Virus record (IMG/VR): IMGVR_UViG_3300042564_004560
DNA length: 64,000 nucleotides
From: an uncultured virus (IMG/VR IMGVR_UViG_3300042564_004560)
Lineage: Duplodnaviria > Heunggongvirae > Uroviricota > Caudoviricetes
Reading direction: 5' to 3' (one strand)
In this document: positions 38,355 to 48,489 of the stretch, piece by piece
Layout: each line of letters opens with the position of its first letter
How positions within the stretch are numbered: position 1 is the first letter of the stretch
Made by a program: the position numbers and the translations under genes
The notes under the pieces: generated by a model
Databases searched by the model: none
The model's input: only the letters and a program-made list of their open reading frames with translations
What the model was told of the DNA's origin: nothing

Positions 38355-39565
38355 TATACAATTGATTTATAGAATTCCGCTCTTGTTTTTGTTACGATGT
38401 TAAGGTCATATTTGTCTTTTACAGTCTCATATAGTCTTTCACCCATATCTTTTGCTAAGTTAGGGTTTTTTACTAACTTTTCAATAAATTTCGCCCAATC
38501 AGAATGATTTCTATTTTCATCAACTAACATAGCGTTTCCATCAACAAACTCTCCATTTTTTAAACAATGTTTTAAGTCGATAGTATATGGTCCTAAATCA
38601 GATGCTATTAAAGCCTTTTTATAGAATCCCGCCTCAATTACTTTTAATTGAGATTTCATTCTATTAAACATAGTGTTTTTAATTGGTGATAAAGAAACAT
38701 CAAACTTAGAATAATTTTTAGCATATGATGTTACAGGTTTTGTCCAAACTCTAACATATGATTCATCTAAATCACCTGTATAGATATCTTGATTGTAGTT
38801 TACCAAATGTTTTTTATATTCATCTGATACAATAGAATAATCTTGTGTAAATATTTTTTCATATTGAGCCCAAACGGTTTCATGTGGAAGAATATTTCGT
38901 TTTGTTTGTTCTCCTGTTTGAGCGTTAATTTCAGTAACAGTTCCTCTTGTGTCAAAACCACAAAGAACATATTGAACTTTATCTTTAAGAGATTTTATTT
39001 TACTAAACCCTTGGTCTAACAATTGTATGTCGTGTAAGTGAGAAGAACCACCTAACCAACCAATTCTAAGTTTATTAGACTCTAATGTTGGTTCTTTAAA
39101 TTGAGATTCGTTAGGGTTAATTGCGTTAGGGAATACAACAACATTCTTGTTTAATTTTTTGATTTCATCGGCAAATATTGTGGTTGTAGTTGTTACATAC
39201 TTTGCAACTTTTAAATTCTCAACAATCTTTTCGTTGATTTTGTGAACTTTAATAATATCGTGAATTGGGTGCTCTTTTCCTGGCATCCAATAATCGTCAA
39301 TATCACAAATAGTAATTACCCCTAAAGAATTTAATTTTTCAATAAGTTGTTTGGCCCTTTCAAAATCAGGCCCAATACTTCTATGGAATGATACTATTTG
39401 GTATTGAGTCCAATAATTAATATCGTCAAATGGTGGGTCATATACAATATCGACATAAAAATCATCAGGATATTGATTTTGTAAAAAAATGTGAGGGTCT
39501 ACTGACCTAAACTTACCAACTCCTGTTCTATCGGATGGTACTACTAGTACTTTAATTTTTGACAT
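38354..39565 (-). CDS. GT-B fold glycosyltransferase
   Basis: DIDDYW, IGWLGGSSHLHD, FNRMKSQLKVIEAG. Confidence 0.8.
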   Translation of the reverse strand: MSKIKVLVVPSDRTGVGKFRSVDPHIFLQNQYPDDFYVDIVYDPPFDDINYWTQYQIVSFHRSIGPDFERAKQLIEKLNSLGVITICDIDDYWMPGKEHPIHDIIKVHKINEKIVENLKVAKYVTTTTTIFADEIKKLNKNVVVFPNAINPNESQFKEPTLESNKLRIGWLGGSSHLHDIQLLDQGFSKIKSLKDKVQYVLCGFDTRGTVTEINAQTGEQTKRNILPHETVWAQYEKIFTQDYSIVSDEYKKHLVNYNQDIYTGDLDESYVRVWTKPVTSYAKNYSKFDVSLSPIKNTMFNRMKSQLKVIEAGFYKKALIASDLGPYTIDLKHCLKNGEFVDGNAMLVDENRNHSDWAKFIEKLVKNPNLAKDMGERLYETVKDKYDLNIVTKTRAEFYKSIV

Positions 39566-39581
39566 AAATTTATTTTATACT

Positions 39582-39589
39582 CAAAAGTA
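39582..39589 (-). promoter_or_regulatory. Bacteroidota-type -7 element TACTTTTG heading the glycosylation operon
   Basis: Plus strand CAAAAGTA, 16 nt before ATG 39565; no well-spaced -33 element. Confidence 0.45.
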
Positions 39590-39618
39590 TAAGAATTTAA
39601 GTCAAATAAGAAAAGGCG

Positions 39619-40254
39619 TTAAGATAATTTTTTAATTTTGGTTACTTTACCTTCAAACACATGTTTACCAACTTTAAAACTAAAGATTTCATTAGATTTT
39701 TCAGCACTTTCTGTGACTAACCCATTTTCTTTTAACGCTTTGGTAATCGCCTCATTAATCATTTTTTGAATTAATCTGTAGTTAATTCCCTCTCCTGTAC
39801 TTTTTTGAGTTTGAGATACAGGTTGTTGTGTGGTTTTTGTAGATTCGGAAACATAGTTGCCTTCATTTCCAGTTTTCATTAACCTTGTAGCCCTTTCAAT
39901 TAAATCATTAGATAATGTTGCTTCTTGTTGTTGTGGTTGATTAATAGGATGTTCCATCATTAATCTTTTAATTTCGTCAGGTAGTTTTGAATTTTTAATG
40001 GCATCAACACTTGTATTACCTACTGGTTTTGTATTCACTCTTGGAAGTTCTGACAAATAAGGTTGTTGACCTTGTCCCATAGATGGTTGTTCTTGTAGAA
40101 ATTCTTGAGGTATATTATATTTTGCTTGTGGCATACTAAATTCTTGAACCATATTTTGTGGTTGTGAATTGGTAGGACTACCCTTAATATTGTCTGTTTT
40201 GTCCATAATAGCCTTAGACGCTACTAATCTACTCATTAAATCATTTTCGTTCAT
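39619..40254 (-). CDS. Hypothetical Gln/Pro-rich protein
   Basis: ATG 40254 (MNENDLM) lies just after the stop of the upstream gene. Confidence 0.6.
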   Translation of the reverse strand: MNENDLMSRLVASKAIMDKTDNIKGSPTNSQPQNMVQEFSMPQAKYNIPQEFLQEQPSMGQGQQPYLSELPRVNTKPVGNTSVDAIKNSKLPDEIKRLMMEHPINQPQQQEATLSNDLIERATRLMKTGNEGNYVSESTKTTQQPVSQTQKSTGEGINYRLIQKMINEAITKALKENGLVTESAEKSNEIFSFKVGKHVFEGKVTKIKKLS

Positions 40255-40255
40255 A

Positions 40256-40726
40256 TTATGTAATGTTTTCTTCTGGTGTTGGTGTTGTTGTTGGCGTTGC
40301 AGGTGTTGGATTAGTTGGTAATGGTTGTGGGACTGTTGGTTGATTATCAAATTTTGCATTGATAATTACACTGACCATACTCTTATCACCGTTAAAATTA
40401 TAATTAGGTCTTGGAGTATTGTAAACTTCACCTGTTGGTTTAATTGATAATATCTTATCTAATCTAAAAAGTCTCCACCCTGGTAAGGGCTGTTCACCTT
40501 TATATGCGGTATGGGAAGCACCTTCATCATCCCATGCTCTTAAAACTTTATTACCTGCTTTACTTACCCCTAGACAAACAGGTTCAATTTCTCTAATACC
40601 CCTACCTCCTGGTTCATCACCATCGTAATAAACAATAACTTTTTGTCTCTGTTTAATAGCGTCAACAACACTATCAATAGAGGCAATTTCGCATATTAAA
40701 CCTTTAAGAGTATCTTTTAATTTCAT
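40256..40726 (-). CDS. Stand-alone WYL-domain protein
   Basis: AIKQRQKVIVYY...REIEPVCLG...LRAW...WRLFRLDKI; Pro/Thr tail. Confidence 0.7.
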   Translation of the reverse strand: MKLKDTLKGLICEIASIDSVVDAIKQRQKVIVYYDGDEPGGRGIREIEPVCLGVSKAGNKVLRAWDDEGASHTAYKGEQPLPGWRLFRLDKILSIKPTGEVYNTPRPNYNFNGDKSMVSVIINAKFDNQPTVPQPLPTNPTPATPTTTPTPEENIT

Positions 40727-41019
40727 TAGAAATTAGGATATGTTTTTGATGAGTTAAATTTATTAATTTTGATTTCGCTTTTTCTTTCTATCACATCATT
40801 AATAGTACCTGCGTTTACATTGTAAACATCTAAAAATGAGCCTGTTCCTCTTCCCATTGAATCTCCGTCCGCAACCGCGTCTTTGTTTACTGAAGAATAT
40901 GGATTACCTGCTTCGTTGTAATCATTTTTAGGTATTAATTTTGCTCTTTCGGCATCAGCTATCGCGGTAAGAGCGTTTGGTTCATTTTGACTTAAATCAA
41001 CAATTAGTTCGTTTGCCAT
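40726..41019 (-). CDS. Hypothetical protein
   Basis: 97 aa, TAATG coupling to next gene. Confidence 0.6.
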   Translation of the reverse strand: MANELIVDLSQNEPNALTAIADAERAKLIPKNDYNEAGNPYSSVNKDAVADGDSMGRGTGSFLDVYNVNAGTINDVIERKSEIKINKFNSSKTYPNF

Positions 41020-41021
41020 GA

Positions 41022-41498
41022 TTATAGTTTTGAAATTATTTCGTTTATTCTTTTAAGACTTTCAGTGACTGCCGAATTATATCTGTCAACAGTTCTTGTA
41101 TGTTCTTGAGAAGGTCTTACATTTGTAAAATTTTTCTTTTCGTGAGGTTTAATAAATTGGTTTTGCATTCCAGCATCCATTTTATTAGTTTTGGTCATTT
41201 TATTGTAATCCCTCATTTTTCTTAATTCATTCTCAACCCAATTCTTTATTACAACTCCACCATTTAATATAAATGGAGCTTCATGGTGATTACCTTTAAA
41301 ATTATCAAAAAAGTTTTTTATTCTTTTTAATTGTCGGTATTCAATGAAATTTTGTGTTTGTAATTCTTGGTTTCTATTAAATCCTTCGGTATTTTCATCA
41401 GCATTTTTAACTATACGAAAACATTTTTTCATATGTTCTTGTTTGTCTTTAGGAAATTCAATTTCCCCTTTCGCCGAACCGTATAAATCTTTATTCAC
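41022..41498 (-). CDS. Hypothetical protein
   Basis: 158 aa in operon. Confidence 0.6.
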   Translation of the reverse strand: MNKDLYGSAKGEIEFPKDKQEHMKKCFRIVKNADENTEGFNRNQELQTQNFIEYRQLKRIKNFFDNFKGNHHEAPFILNGGVVIKNWVENELRKMRDYNKMTKTNKMDAGMQNQFIKPHEKKNFTNVRPSQEHTRTVDRYNSAVTESLKRINEIISKL

Positions 41499-42297
41499 TC
41501 TTTAATAATTTAATTAATTCAGAAATAGACAAACCTTCTTTTTCTGCTTGTTTTTTCAGACTATTTATATTTCTTTTTAATATTTTAGAAGCATCAAGTT
41601 CTTTTTTATTAACATCGGCATCATCAGACGAACTTTTTTTAGTTAATAAATACTCAACCATTTTGATGGCTTTTTGTTTTTGTATTTCAGATAATGTCGC
41701 TCTTGTAATAAAATTCTTATCTTTATAGTAAGGTGATTTTTTATCTTTTTTACCTGAAGGGTCTTTACCTTGTTGTTTTGTTCTTTCCTTTGCATCATCA
41801 GGTTCCATACCCATATTTTTAATTAAATATTCATATGTTTCTGGCCCATCCATATTTTCAGTTTCTTCATATCCAAAAGCTCCTGACATATCAATTTCTT
41901 TCATTTCACTTTCACCATAGTAAGTTCTATATCCACGAGAGATTGGGTCATTTGTAATTCTGGCGGCAGCTACCGTTTGGTCCATTGTTTTTCTTGGATG
42001 AAGTTTTGGGTCCAAAATAGGAATTGCGGAATTTGACATTGCACCATCATCATTTACTAATTCTTCCAAATCAGTTTTTAATGTTTTGGTATCTTTGATT
42101 TTTTTCTCCTGTGCAATTTTTTTCAAATGTTTTTTTACCTTCTCACCCTTACTTTTTTCAAAGTGAATTACCTCGTCTTTTTTACGAGCTTCAGTCAAAT
42201 TACCCTCTACAGAGAAATATAGAGAATATTTGCTCCCTTTATCTCTTAGGAGAAAATAATACGGTGATGAGTAAAATTCGTTATCTGTGGCAATCAT
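41491..42297 (-). CDS. Hypothetical protein
   Basis: Start at 42297 (MIATDNEF) chosen because it lies downstream of the late motif at 42312. Confidence 0.6.
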   Translation of the reverse strand: MIATDNEFYSSPYYFLLRDKGSKYSLYFSVEGNLTEARKKDEVIHFEKSKGEKVKKHLKKIAQEKKIKDTKTLKTDLEELVNDDGAMSNSAIPILDPKLHPRKTMDQTVAAARITNDPISRGYRTYYGESEMKEIDMSGAFGYEETENMDGPETYEYLIKNMGMEPDDAKERTKQQGKDPSGKKDKKSPYYKDKNFITRATLSEIQKQKAIKMVEYLLTKKSSSDDADVNKKELDASKILKRNINSLKKQAEKEGLSISELIKLLKSE

Positions 42298-42311
42298 CTT
42301 TTCTTTTAACA

Positions 42312-42339
42312 TATAAATACTCTGAAACAAGGTATTTAT
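42312..42339. promoter_or_regulatory. Back-to-back divergent late motifs
   Basis: TATAAATA 42312-42319 (minus-strand TATTTATA) and TATTTAT 42333-42339 (plus) between divergent genes. Confidence 0.7.
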
Positions 42340-42348
42340 CATTAGTTT

Positions 42349-45300
42349 ATGGCATATCAAAATATTAATCAATATAATTTTAGGAGATGGGGTATTAAAC
42401 CCGTCAACGAAATCACGGACATATGTCTCGCATCAGATGAGAAAGACTATGACCAAGAGGTGATATTCTCCCCATTATTAATAGGTGAGGACGATGGTAA
42501 TAGAATGCCATTTAAGTTTGACTTTAATAGTTCGGGTACCACAATTTGTCAAACAGGTGGATGTAATTTTGATACCAATACTATCGTATCTGAAAATTAT
42601 TGGAACCCTGACCACCTTGACCCAAACTTTTGTCCTGTAGTTACAAATTTATGTGACGTTGGGTTAACTGGTATAGATAATGGTCTTGTTAAGAATATGT
42701 CAGGTGAGACAATTCAAATTACTACAGGACTTTATACTTCATCTGCTGACACATATAGTAGATACAAATACGATAGGAGAATGAAAATGCATCCTATCAC
42801 AGGATTTACTACAACTCAAAATAGATTATGGAACGATAATTCATATTCATATGACATGTCTTATGTCACCAATGGAACACCTGTTGGATATTTTGCAAGA
42901 TTAAATGGTGGGTTCTTCCAAGGATTTTATAAATTATCTGATTATGATTATCAAGTATTCCCTCAAAGAGTTTCATTAGGTTGGACTGCGGAGTTTGTAT
43001 TGAAATATAGATGGACAGGTGATACTAATGTTGGATTAAACGCTCGTTATCCTGACAATAAAGGAACATTCTTTTATATGGGGGCAAGAGCTGAAAATAA
43101 ATTCTATCATTATGCTGACGGTTCACCAAAACAAGACACAGGTTATACAAGAGTAACATCAGGATTAACTTGTATGCATACTTGTGGATGTGCAAGTAGT
43201 GCCAATACCTCATCAGAGTGTCTTCAAGTCTATCAACCATCAGGAGGAACAATAACACATTGTACTTGTGGATGTCCTTGTGATTGCCAAACAACCGCCA
43301 AATACCCTGAAAAAGACCCATTATATGATGGAGTCTCAAATGGTATATCTCTTAGACTTAGTGGTGATACAGGAAACCCAAGGTTATGTGTTAAGACTTA
43401 TAGAATTACCGGAGGATGTGAACATAGTGGAACTTGTCTTACAGGATTAACATATCATACAGGAACCTCAGTTACCGAATGGTGTTCAACCAGAGGTATC
43501 TTTAGTGATTGTAGTGGAACCACATACCCTAATGTAGAACATTGGGTTCAAATTGATGCGGTATTCCAAAGAAAAGAATGGTTTGATAAATGTGACCTAT
43601 ATGAAAAGGGTGGTCTTGGGTTATTAGTTAAACAAGAATATTTTGCAACTATTGAAAACAGAAGTCCTACATTAGTTGAACCACCTTTGACACACGAACA
43701 ACCTTATAACCCACCATATACCGAAGTCGTTACATTTAACGATATGTGGACCGAAGAACAAAAATATAGATTAGGTAATCTTAAATTTTATGTTAACGGT
43801 AAATTGTTTATGGTTGCGGAAAACTTTGAAGAAATTATCCCAAGACTTCTTAATGTTGAAAAAGAAAAACAAATTGGTGTTGGATATAACATCTCTGTGG
43901 GTGGGGGAACTCAAGGATTACATGATAATCTTACTTTTTCTGCAGGATGTCCTGCCGAGTTAAGTGGTATTACATATCAACAAGACCCTGAATGTTTAAC
44001 AACAAATGATTTAACACATACCGAATATTCAGGACTTACAACTCAAATTAGGTTGGAAGAAATATTTGGAGGTAGTTTGATTGGGGATATCAGTGCATTT
44101 AGAATGTACACCGAACCATTAAATGCCTCTCAAATTAAACATAATTTTAGAATATTAAAATATAAGTATGACCTACTTGACCCTAATTGTTTAAATTGTA
44201 GAATCATTATTCCAAATAATGATTTAATTTACATTTCAGTACCATGTAATGACTTAGGATATACATTATATCCATGTCCAACCGTGACACCAACAATGAC
44301 TCAAACTCAAACTCCTACTCCAACAAATACACAAACTTCTACTCCAACAAATACACAAACACCAACAAATACGCAAACTTCTACCCCAACAAACACAAAA
44401 ACACCAACTCCTTCAGTTACTGTAGGATTAACACCTACCGCAACTCCAACTAATACTGAGACGCCAACTAAGACGCCAACAAACACACCAACCAATACTA
44501 AAACTCCAACAATGACACCAACTAACACAACAACACCTACGGTAACACCAACTAATACTAAAACCCCAAATCAAACTCCAACTAACACATCAACTCCTAC
44601 AATAACACCAAGTAATTCTTCATGTAAGAGTTATTTGTTATTTGGTGGAATTCAAAATCAAACAACCTTTGTTGGTATTGATTGCGATGGATTTGCTTTT
44701 GATACCTTCTTAGATGTGTATGCTACTCAAGTTATTTGTGCTGAATCTGTTCAAATTGCCGACGGGGATGGTAATATTACACTATTAGGTAGTTGTCCTT
44801 TACCAACCCCAACTCAAACCCCTACTAATACCGTAACAAAAACTCCAACTCAAACTCAAACCCCAACTCAAACTAATACAAAAACACCAACTCAAACTCC
44901 AACCAATACAATGACTCAAACACCAACTAATACAATGACACCAACTCAAACCTCAACTAATACAATGACACCAACTCAAACCCCTACTAATACAATGACA
45001 CAAACCCCAACTAATACAATGACACAAACCCCAACTAATACAATTACACAAACCCCAACTAATACAGAAACTCCAACGCAAACACCAACACCTACAAGGT
45101 CTAGAACCGAATTTGTTAGTTGTTATGGATTGACACAAGTTGATGCATGTTCATGTTTAGATAATTCTACAATATGGGGGGATAACTCTAATTTTGATGA
45201 AAACGCATTTTTCTATGATTCAGAATTTGGTGGTAATACAACAGATTTAATAGGTTATTACAATTATTCAAATGTTGTTGTTGAACTTAATTCAAATGGG

Positions 45301-46062
45301 GATATTGTGGGTAATTATAATCTATGTCCAATTCCAACCCAAACTCAAACACCAACTCAAACTCAGACTCCTACGAATACTGAGACAGGAACTTCTACCC
45401 CAACCCCAACAAACACGGAAACTCTGACTCAAACACCTACACCTACAAATACCAAAACACCAACTCAAACACCAACTCAAACAAATACAGAGACCCCAAC
45501 TAGTACACCAACACCAACACCTACACCTAATTATAATGTAACATTTATCAATAATTCAACAAACGGAATAATAGAAGCCTTTGCGGATAACAGTGGACAA
45601 ATACCATTATTTGATTCAACAAGTTCATTGCCTTTGAATGGTGGTGGCCAAGTACTTTTTGCAAATCATGGGTTAACTTCTAATTCACCTCAAATTGCGT
45701 TAAATGGTACAGGTTCTGTAACAATTCAAATTAAAATTAATGGAAATGTTTTAGTGGATTCAGAGACTGTTGTACCTAGCTCAATTGGTGTAACACCAGG
45801 AGGTGTTCCATTGCAAGCATCTGATGTTTTAATTATAACAATTGGAGATATTCCACCAACACCGACACCAACTCAAACAGAAACTCCAACTCAAACACCA
45901 ACAAATACTGAGACCCAAACTCCAACTCCAACAAATACTAATACCCCGACTAACACCGAAACACCAACACCGACACCAACACCAACTGAATTAGTTTTCT
46001 TGGCTCAAGAAAATTATTTTACCATACAACAAGAAGATGGTTTTAATATTTTCGTAACCTAA
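42349..46062 (+). CDS. Large virion protein: Cys-rich, LamG/concanavalin-like N-terminal region plus four Thr/Pro-rich mucin-like tracts
   Basis: HWVQID...LKFYVNGK...GDISAFRMYTEPLNASQIKHNF (LamG-like); TPTxT repeats. Confidence 0.7.
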   Translation: MAYQNINQYNFRRWGIKPVNEITDICLASDEKDYDQEVIFSPLLIGEDDGNRMPFKFDFNSSGTTICQTGGCNFDTNTIVSENYWNPDHLDPNFCPVVTNLCDVGLTGIDNGLVKNMSGETIQITTGLYTSSADTYSRYKYDRRMKMHPITGFTTTQNRLWNDNSYSYDMSYVTNGTPVGYFARLNGGFFQGFYKLSDYDYQVFPQRVSLGWTAEFVLKYRWTGDTNVGLNARYPDNKGTFFYMGARAENKFYHYADGSPKQDTGYTRVTSGLTCMHTCGCASSANTSSECLQVYQPSGGTITHCTCGCPCDCQTTAKYPEKDPLYDGVSNGISLRLSGDTGNPRLCVKTYRITGGCEHSGTCLTGLTYHTGTSVTEWCSTRGIFSDCSGTTYPNVEHWVQIDAVFQRKEWFDKCDLYEKGGLGLLVKQEYFATIENRSPTLVEPPLTHEQPYNPPYTEVVTFNDMWTEEQKYRLGNLKFYVNGKLFMVAENFEEIIPRLLNVEKEKQIGVGYNISVGGGTQGLHDNLTFSAGCPAELSGITYQQDPECLTTNDLTHTEYSGLTTQIRLEEIFGGSLIGDISAFRMYTEPLNASQIKHNFRILKYKYDLLDPNCLNCRIIIPNNDLIYISVPCNDLGYTLYPCPTVTPTMTQTQTPTPTNTQTSTPTNTQTPTNTQTSTPTNTKTPTPSVTVGLTPTATPTNTETPTKTPTNTPTNTKTPTMTPTNTTTPTVTPTNTKTPNQTPTNTSTPTITPSNSSCKSYLLFGGIQNQTTFVGIDCDGFAFDTFLDVYATQVICAESVQIADGDGNITLLGSCPLPTPTQTPTNTVTKTPTQTQTPTQTNTKTPTQTPTNTMTQTPTNTMTPTQTSTNTMTPTQTPTNTMTQTPTNTMTQTPTNTITQTPTNTETPTQTPTPTRSRTEFVSCYGLTQVDACSCLDNSTIWGDNSNFDENAFFYDSEFGGNTTDLIGYYNYSNVVVELNSNGDIVGNYNLCPIPTQTQTPTQTQTPTNTETGTSTPTPTNTETLTQTPTPTNTKTPTQTPTQTNTETPTSTPTPTPTPNYNVTFINNSTNGIIEAFADNSGQIPLFDSTSSLPLNGGGQVLFANHGLTSNSPQIALNGTGSVTIQIKINGNVLVDSETVVPSSIGVTPGGVPLQASDVLIITIGDIPPTPTPTQTETPTQTPTNTETQTPTPTNTNTPTNTETPTPTPTPTELVFLAQENYFTIQQEDGFNIFVT
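44977..45066 (+). repeat. 24-bp tandem repeat encoding QTPTNTMT
   Basis: CAAACCCCAACTAATACAATGACA-like units, about 3.7 copies, imperfect. Confidence 0.8.
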
Positions 46063-46071
46063 ACTTAATAA

Positions 46072-46079
46072 TATTTATA
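46072..46079 (+). promoter_or_regulatory. Putative late promoter motif TATTTATA
   Basis: 13 nt before ATG 46093. Confidence 0.65.
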
Positions 46080-46092
46080 AAATAAAAAGAAT

Positions 46093-46662
46093 ATGCCGAA
46101 TTTACCAATATCACAATTACCTGAAATAACCGCCACGACATCGAATGCTGAATATGTTGTTGCTCAAGATGGTGTTACATATAAAATTAAAAGAGGTTAT
46201 ATGGCGAGCGGTAAATTATATGGTTCGTTTTATCAAGAAAATAGTATATCAGGATTAACACCTGATACTGCATATTCTATGAGTGCTTCGACAACATCCT
46301 CTAATAATGGGATAACGGTTGTTGATGGGTCAAAAATGACAGTTCAAAGTGGTGGAACATTTAATATACAATTTTCCGCTCAATTACAAAAACAACAAGG
46401 AGGGTCATCAGAAAGTATTACAATATGGTTGAGGAAAAATGGTGTTAATGTTGATTGGTCGTCAACTGATATTACATTCGCTAATAATAATCAACTTGTG
46501 GTGGCAGCTTGGAATTTTGTGGAAACATTATCAGCGGGTGAAAATTTGGAAATTATGTTTTCAATAACGGATACTGAAATAATCATATACGGAAACCCAT
46601 CAAGAATAACACCAATAAGACCGGCAATTCCATCTGTTATTATAACAATGGTTCAAATATAG
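46093..46662 (+). CDS. Fiber/decoration-like protein (ISxLP N-terminus, C1q/BclA-like beta domain)
   Basis: PISQLP...; GTFNIQFSAQL, IWLRKNG, RPAIPSVIIT; paralog of 47826. Confidence 0.55.
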   Translation: MPNLPISQLPEITATTSNAEYVVAQDGVTYKIKRGYMASGKLYGSFYQENSISGLTPDTAYSMSASTTSSNNGITVVDGSKMTVQSGGTFNIQFSAQLQKQQGGSSESITIWLRKNGVNVDWSSTDITFANNNQLVVAAWNFVETLSAGENLEIMFSITDTEIIIYGNPSRITPIRPAIPSVIITMVQI

Positions 46663-46664
46663 AA

Positions 46665-47237
46665 ATGAACACAACAGACTGTAATTATTTTAGGATAACA
46701 AATTATAATACCGTACAAGAAGGTTATTATAGATGGACAGGATGTACTGATATTGTTAGTGTTAGTACTATAGACCCACTTAAAACCGAATATGTTTGTG
46801 CAAAAGATATTCTTGTTGAAAGTTATAGTGCTCCTTTAGATATTGTCTTTGTAGGATTATGTCCGTCAACAACACCTACACCAACCGTCACCTCAACTCC
46901 AACACAAACATCAGTAACACCAACACCAACATCTACTTCTCCCACACCAACTGTTACACCAACACCAACTGTTACACCAACAACTGTTTTTATGTATAAT
47001 TTACGAACAGGAGGTTGGTATCAAGATGTTTGTGGTTCTGTTAATATGACGGCTAATCCAGCAAATGTGACCATTTATACATCAAAACTTTTTTCAAATT
47101 TAGTTAAAGGTGATTATGTTTATGGTGATAAATCTTTAACAATACCACCAAATGGTACCAATTTTACAATATCCGATGGTGCCACATTTATACAATTAGG
47201 GGGTAATCAAGTTATTAATGTCGGAATTTGTGGATAA
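46665..47237 (+). CDS. Thr/Pro-rich virion-associated protein
   Basis: Two Cys-bracketed domains joined by TPTPTVT tract. Confidence 0.6.
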   Translation: MNTTDCNYFRITNYNTVQEGYYRWTGCTDIVSVSTIDPLKTEYVCAKDILVESYSAPLDIVFVGLCPSTTPTPTVTSTPTQTSVTPTPTSTSPTPTVTPTPTVTPTTVFMYNLRTGGWYQDVCGSVNMTANPANVTIYTSKLFSNLVKGDYVYGDKSLTIPPNGTNFTISDGATFIQLGGNQVINVGICG

Positions 47238-47262
47238 TGAATTATAAAGTAAAAAGTGTCTA

Positions 47263-47269
47263 TATTTAT
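47263..47269 (+). promoter_or_regulatory. Putative late promoter motif TATTTAT
   Basis: 4 nt before ATG 47274. Confidence 0.6.
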
Positions 47270-47273
47270 TAAC

Positions 47274-47813
47274 ATGGCAGATTGTGGTGTATTAATTTCT
47301 AGTGTAAATTTGAGTGGATTAACAACCGAAGTTACGTTCTTTCCTCAAACGGGAGGTACCGTAGATTTAGGGTATCAAGTTTTTCCATTTAGCTATGTTG
47401 CGGATTATTATTATGGGACATATAATTGTTATGTACCAACATATGCGTATACCTATACAATTGCCATATTAGGACCAACTCCAACTCCAACACCAACCAA
47501 TACGACAACACCTACTGTGACTCCGACTCAAACACCTAGTGTAACTCCAACTAATACGGAAACTTTAACACAAACTCCAACCCAAACGACTACTCAAACT
47601 CAAACACCTACTAATACAGGAACACCTACTCAAACACAAACGACTACTCAAACTCAAACACCTACTAATACAGGAACACCTACTCAAACGCCAACCTACA
47701 CTCAAACCCCAACCCCAACAGAAATACCTATAGTTCTTATAAACCCAATCCTAATTGATATTCCAAACGAATATCTTAGTGTTGGGAATGACGAATATCT
47801 AAAATTTAATTAA
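47274..47813 (+). CDS. Thr/Pro-rich virion-associated protein
   Basis: ATG 47274 (MADCG); long TPTQT tract. Confidence 0.6.
   Translation: MADCGVLISSVNLSGLTTEVTFFPQTGGTVDLGYQVFPFSYVADYYYGTYNCYVPTYAYTYTIAILGPTPTPTPTNTTTPTVTPTQTPSVTPTNTETLTQTPTQTTTQTQTPTNTGTPTQTQTTTQTQTPTNTGTPTQTPTYTQTPTPTEIPIVLINPILIDIPNEYLSVGNDEYLKFN
47583..47689 (+). repeat. 54-bp tandem duplication
   Basis: CAAACGACTACTCAAACTCAAACACCTACTAATACAGGAACACCTACTCAAAC occurs at 47583 and 47637. Confidence 0.85.
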
Positions 47814-47825
47814 AAACACAAAAAT

Positions 47826-48404
47826 ATGTTGACAGGAAAAACAATTAGCGAATTACCACAATTAACAGGAGTGACCGATACTATGGTACTACCCGTAGAA
47901 TTAAGTGGAGTGACTTATCATGTTGATTATGTTCAGATTGCACATAAAGCAAATGCTGCCTACTATAATACCGAGACACAAATAGTTTCTGGGTCTAATA
48001 CACCATCAATTGTATTACTAAACACTATTGTAAATGAATCAAATATTAGATTGGTTAACAATTCAAAAATTTATGTTGACTTAGACGGTACCTACCAATT
48101 GGGAGTATCTTATCAATTAGGGAAAGCAACACTTGCAGGTGGTGCAGCAACAATTGTTTTTTGGGTTAGAGTTGATGGTGTTGATGTAACAGATAGTGCA
48201 GGGGAAATTGTTTTAGTTAATAATACAGATAAAACATTACCTTTTATCCCATATTATTTTGATTTAACCGCTGGTCAATACATTGAACTTGTCTTTGCAT
48301 CGGCGGATGACACCGCTAAAGTCTTCACCGTACCCGCTTCATCATCACCATATGTTAGACCTTTAATTCCATCGACATATGTTACAATAAACCAATTATC
48401 TTAA
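47826..48404 (+). CDS. Fiber/decoration-like protein (ISELP N-terminus, C1q/BclA-like domain)
   Basis: KTISELP; GTYQLGVSYQL, FWVRVDG, RPLIPSTYVT; paralog of 46093. Confidence 0.55.
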   Translation: MLTGKTISELPQLTGVTDTMVLPVELSGVTYHVDYVQIAHKANAAYYNTETQIVSGSNTPSIVLLNTIVNESNIRLVNNSKIYVDLDGTYQLGVSYQLGKATLAGGAATIVFWVRVDGVDVTDSAGEIVLVNNTDKTLPFIPYYFDLTAGQYIELVFASADDTAKVFTVPASSSPYVRPLIPSTYVTINQLS

Positions 48405-48463
48405 TAATAGGTAATAAAAATATAAAATTTAAACCCTATTTAATAAATTAGAATAAATCGTAG

Positions 48464-48471
48464 TATTTATA
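48464..48471 (+). promoter_or_regulatory. Putative late promoter motif TATTTATA
   Basis: 18 nt before ATG 48490. Confidence 0.65.
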
Positions 48472-48489
48472 AGAAAATAGAAATATACC

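Noticed and set aside
20880..39565. Glycosyltransferases as a DNA hypermodification system
   Set aside because: No base hydroxymethylase or similar gene in this window, and the GT families are surface-glycan types; cannot be excluded for individual GT-B/GT2 genes
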